Positions 36,450-38,503 of a stretch of 38,503 nucleotides of DNA are shown one piece after another. Location: assembly GCA_947632625.1 (NCBI GenBank), contig CANRPZ010000002.1:1-38503 (forward strand), in the 5' to 3' direction. Source of the stretch: an uncultured Bacilli bacterium (GTDB taxonomy: Bacteria; Bacillota_I; Bacilli_A; RF39; UBA660). Below the pieces are notes generated by a model. It made no database searches. It saw only the letters and a list, made by a program, of their open reading frames with translations, and was not told the origin of the DNA. The translations under genes were made by a program, and so were the position numbers. Each line of letters opens with the position of its first letter. Within the stretch, counting starts at the first letter, position 1.

Positions 36450-36664
36450 TATAAATGCTCGAAAAGTTCGAACAGATTTTGTCAATGGAGCGATAACTTT
36501 ACTTATATTCGAAAAATTATACTCCCAAAGATTGACTAAATCAACTAAATTAATTATAGCATTTATTTAAATTTTATCAACAGTGTTATAGAAAAATATA
36601 TCTATATATAGTATAATTAGAATAGTTTATAATTTCTATATATTAAAAATAAAGGAGTAATGTA

Positions 36665-37831
36665 ATGAGACGATTATTGAGAATTGGATTTGATATATTT
36701 ATAACATCATTTACTCCGATAATTACTTGGTTTTTTATTGGAATAATTATTAATAAAGATTTAACAAATGTTTTTACTTTAACTTATCCTATGCAATGTC
36801 TTATGGGAATAATTATTTCAATATTTGGTGTAGGATCTAATGTAAGTTCAATTAAAGACAAGAATGAAAATGGTGCAAACAATGGTATTTTTTATGGCAC
36901 TATAATAAGTATATTTTTATTTGGGTTACTTGCTTTTAATTGTGAATATTATATAAATTTTATGAATATGAATAAAGATATTTATTTAATATTTTGCATA
37001 TATTCAATTCTACAAATACTATTACAAACTATACTTCATTTAATTTTAACAAAATTATACTATTTGGAATTAAATGAAAAGGCAAATAAGATTTCTTTCG
37101 CGTTCAACATTACAAACTTTTTAATTTTAATTAGCACAGCACTTATTACGAAAAATCAAATATTAATTTCAATTATTACTTTATCCATATTAGCAATATT
37201 TGATATTGTATTATTTATAAAAAATGTAAGAAAAATAGATTTTAAGCTTAATTTAAAGAATTGTTTTAAGTATGATTCAGTGTCTTGCTCTATAAGTATT
37301 ATGTTTTTTATAATATACTTGTTTGGGTTTAGTAATTCATTTTCTTTCGGAGAAAAATATATAAATGCTATAACATTTGCCACTTTGATAACTGATATTC
37401 AATGGGATATATCAGGTGCTATTAAAACTGTTGCAAAAATAGATATTGTCAAGAAAAAATTTGATTATGATTATCATTTTAAAAATGCAATAAAATTTAC
37501 ATCTTTATTAATTATTTCTATAATATTAATGGGAATTTTATTGTATCCAATATATAATCCTAATATATTTATAGTTTGTATATTTGTCTTACTCCATATC
37601 GTTGATTTCATTATGACACCATTTAAAAATATTAAAATGTGTTATTTAGAAATTGAACATTCATCGTTTAAGACTACTATTAATACAATAATTGCATATA
37701 TTATAAGAATTACAGTTTCTTTATTATCAACTCCATTCTGTACCATAATAGGTCAAATTTGTTCTTCAACATATGAACTTATATATGCTAAAATTAATTA
37801 TAGTAAACATAAAAGACAATCTAGTTTATAA
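36665..37831 (+). CDS. Polytopic (about 10-12 TM) membrane protein, possibly a MOP/MATE-like flippase or exporter; function unknown
   Basis: 388 aa, extremely rich in I/F/L/N/K, with alternating hydrophobic helices and short K/N loops and SD AAAGGAG upstream. Its 3' end overlaps the convergent relaxase gene by 6 nt. Confidence 0.65.
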   Translation: MRRLLRIGFDIFITSFTPIITWFFIGIIINKDLTNVFTLTYPMQCLMGIIISIFGVGSNVSSIKDKNENGANNGIFYGTIISIFLFGLLAFNCEYYINFMNMNKDIYLIFCIYSILQILLQTILHLILTKLYYLELNEKANKISFAFNITNFLILISTALITKNQILISIITLSILAIFDIVLFIKNVRKIDFKLNLKNCFKYDSVSCSISIMFFIIYLFGFSNSFSFGEKYINAITFATLITDIQWDISGAIKTVAKIDIVKKKFDYDYHFKNAIKFTSLLIISIILMGILLYPIYNPNIFIVCIFVLLHIVDFIMTPFKNIKMCYLEIEHSSFKTTINTIIAYIIRITVSLLSTPFCTIIGQICSSTYELIYAKINYSKHKRQSSL

Positions 37832-38503
37832 ATTTCTAGTATTGTCTTTTTCTTTGTTTAAATCTCTATCAAAATTATTAATCTTTTCTTGTATGGATTC
37901 GGATTGTTTTCTAATATTTTTACAATAGTTATTATATTTACGAAGTTCTTTTATTTTAGGTTGAATATCATTTATTTCAGCAAGGATTTCAGATTGTTTT
38001 TCGGTAGTTTTTGCTCTATGGTATCTTTTCCAAAGATTTTCTCTTTTACCCATAAGGTTTCTATATTCTTCATAATTATTTTTAGAAAAGATTTCTAAAT
38101 CTTCTATTGTTTCAATTTTATTATTAGCCATAAATCTAACTTGTTCAGAAAATTCATCTAACTTTTTTATTTCTTTCCTTATAGAGTAAGGAAGATATTG
38201 TTTTGGATGATTCTTTGGAAATACTCCTAGTAAATAACAATAATATAAATATAAGCCATAAATACCTTTATGAACCTTGTTAGTTTTAGAATACTCTTCA
38301 AATATAGATTTATGTGACATAGGTTTAAATACAATTTGTCTTGATAAATATAGTCGTTCATTTATTCTCTCTTTTGAATATTCATTACCAAATACTTTTT
38401 CAATTCGTACTTTATCGCAATTATCTCTATAAATAGTGATGACATTATTACGAAAATAAGTTTTATATCCTAATAATCTCATTCTATCCATTACTTGTCT
38501 AAG
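37826..38503 (-). CDS. Relaxase/mobilization protein, C-terminal region (the 5' part lies beyond the right edge)
   Basis: The frame is open through 38503 (LRQV precedes the track's Met). LLGYKTYFRNNVITIYRD...VFGNEYSKERINERL, GLYLYYCYLLGVFPK and a coiled-coil tail resemble, from memory, the C-terminal portions of Firmicute MobA/VirD2-type ICE relaxases (e.g. LG..YT.E.I..RI; L..Y..Y.YLLG). Confidence 0.6.
   Translation of the reverse strand, partial: LRQVMDRMRLLGYKTYFRNNVITIYRDNCDKVRIEKVFGNEYSKERINERLYLSRQIVFKPMSHKSIFEEYSKTNKVHKGIYGLYLYYCYLLGVFPKNHPKQYLPYSIRKEIKKLDEFSEQVRFMANNKIETIEDLEIFSKNNYEEYRNLMGKRENLWKRYHRAKTTEKQSEILAEINDIQPKIKELRKYNNYCKNIRKQSESIQEKINNFDRDLNKEKDNTRNL

Larger units (their letters stand above)
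36192..38503. mobile_element. Probable left-hand portion of an integrated mobilizable/conjugative element (AT-rich cargo plus relaxase gene 3' end); left boundary not defined
   Basis: A relaxase C-terminal region is open to the window edge. DNA here is noticeably more AT-rich than the core genes. Bacillus-like synteny is lost after about 35.2 kb. Confidence 0.4.

Noticed and set aside
36423-36461. GTTCGATT and GTTCGAAC strings that resemble tRNA T-loops (possible tRNA fragment or att site)
   Set aside because: No acceptor, D or anticodon arms can be drawn around them. The stems are 6-7 bp palindromes rather than a 5-bp T-arm with a 7-nt loop. This is not a tRNA.
36334-36570. 78-aa plus-strand ORF from the supplied track (TTG start) in the ASCH/membrane-gene spacer
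   Set aside because: It has no SD upstream. It overlaps the SD-preceded minus-strand small ORF. It also reads through the candidate promoter and the perfect hairpin at 36423-36438. Its composition is what random AT-rich sequence gives. It is treated as non-coding, and the region is reported as a finding instead.
37156-38098. ORFs 37156-37383 (-) and 37889-38098 (+)
   Set aside because: They are antisense shadows within the membrane-protein gene and the relaxase gene.

Overview
This window is the replication-origin region of a very AT-rich (not computed) Bacillota chromosome. Gene order matches Bacillus subtilis closely, but in a compacted form. No database search was run; all calls rest on reading the supplied translations and the DNA.

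Core block, minus strand (1-4183): mnmG (5' part)-mnmE-jag-yidC-rnpA-rpmH.

Core block, plus strand (4255-32023): a bipartite DnaA-box oriC flanking dnaA-dnaN, then a ComK-family gene, recF-gyrB-gyrA, a minimal SRP RNA, tadA-dnaX-ybaB-recR-bofA-holB-ricT, a TrmN6-like methyltransferase, pth-mfd-spoVT, a Met T-box leader with metG, an orphan gene, tatD, a DPBB/3D-like gene, rsmA, an OatA-like acyltransferase, and yabG-veg-spoVG. The sporulation genes bofA, spoVT, yabG, spoVG and ricT suggest a spore-former or a recent descendant of one.

Accessory region (from about 32.1 kb):
- a LemA-DUF2207-lipoprotein envelope module;
- a monocistronic ASCH domain fused to a predicted Cys-His papain/transglutaminase-fold domain;
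- a 470-bp structured non-coding stretch with one strongly SD-preceded 38-codon ORF;
- an extremely AT-rich polytopic membrane protein;
- the 3' end of a relaxase gene running off the right edge, convergent with the membrane gene, which indicates an integrated mobilizable or conjugative element.

No CRISPR array, rRNA or tRNA gene was seen.

The best candidates for undescribed biology are the ASCH-thiol-enzyme fusion with its neighbouring non-coding/small-ORF/membrane-protein cargo, the orphan Cys-His-Asp protein between metG and tatD, and the LemA-DUF2207-lipoprotein operon.
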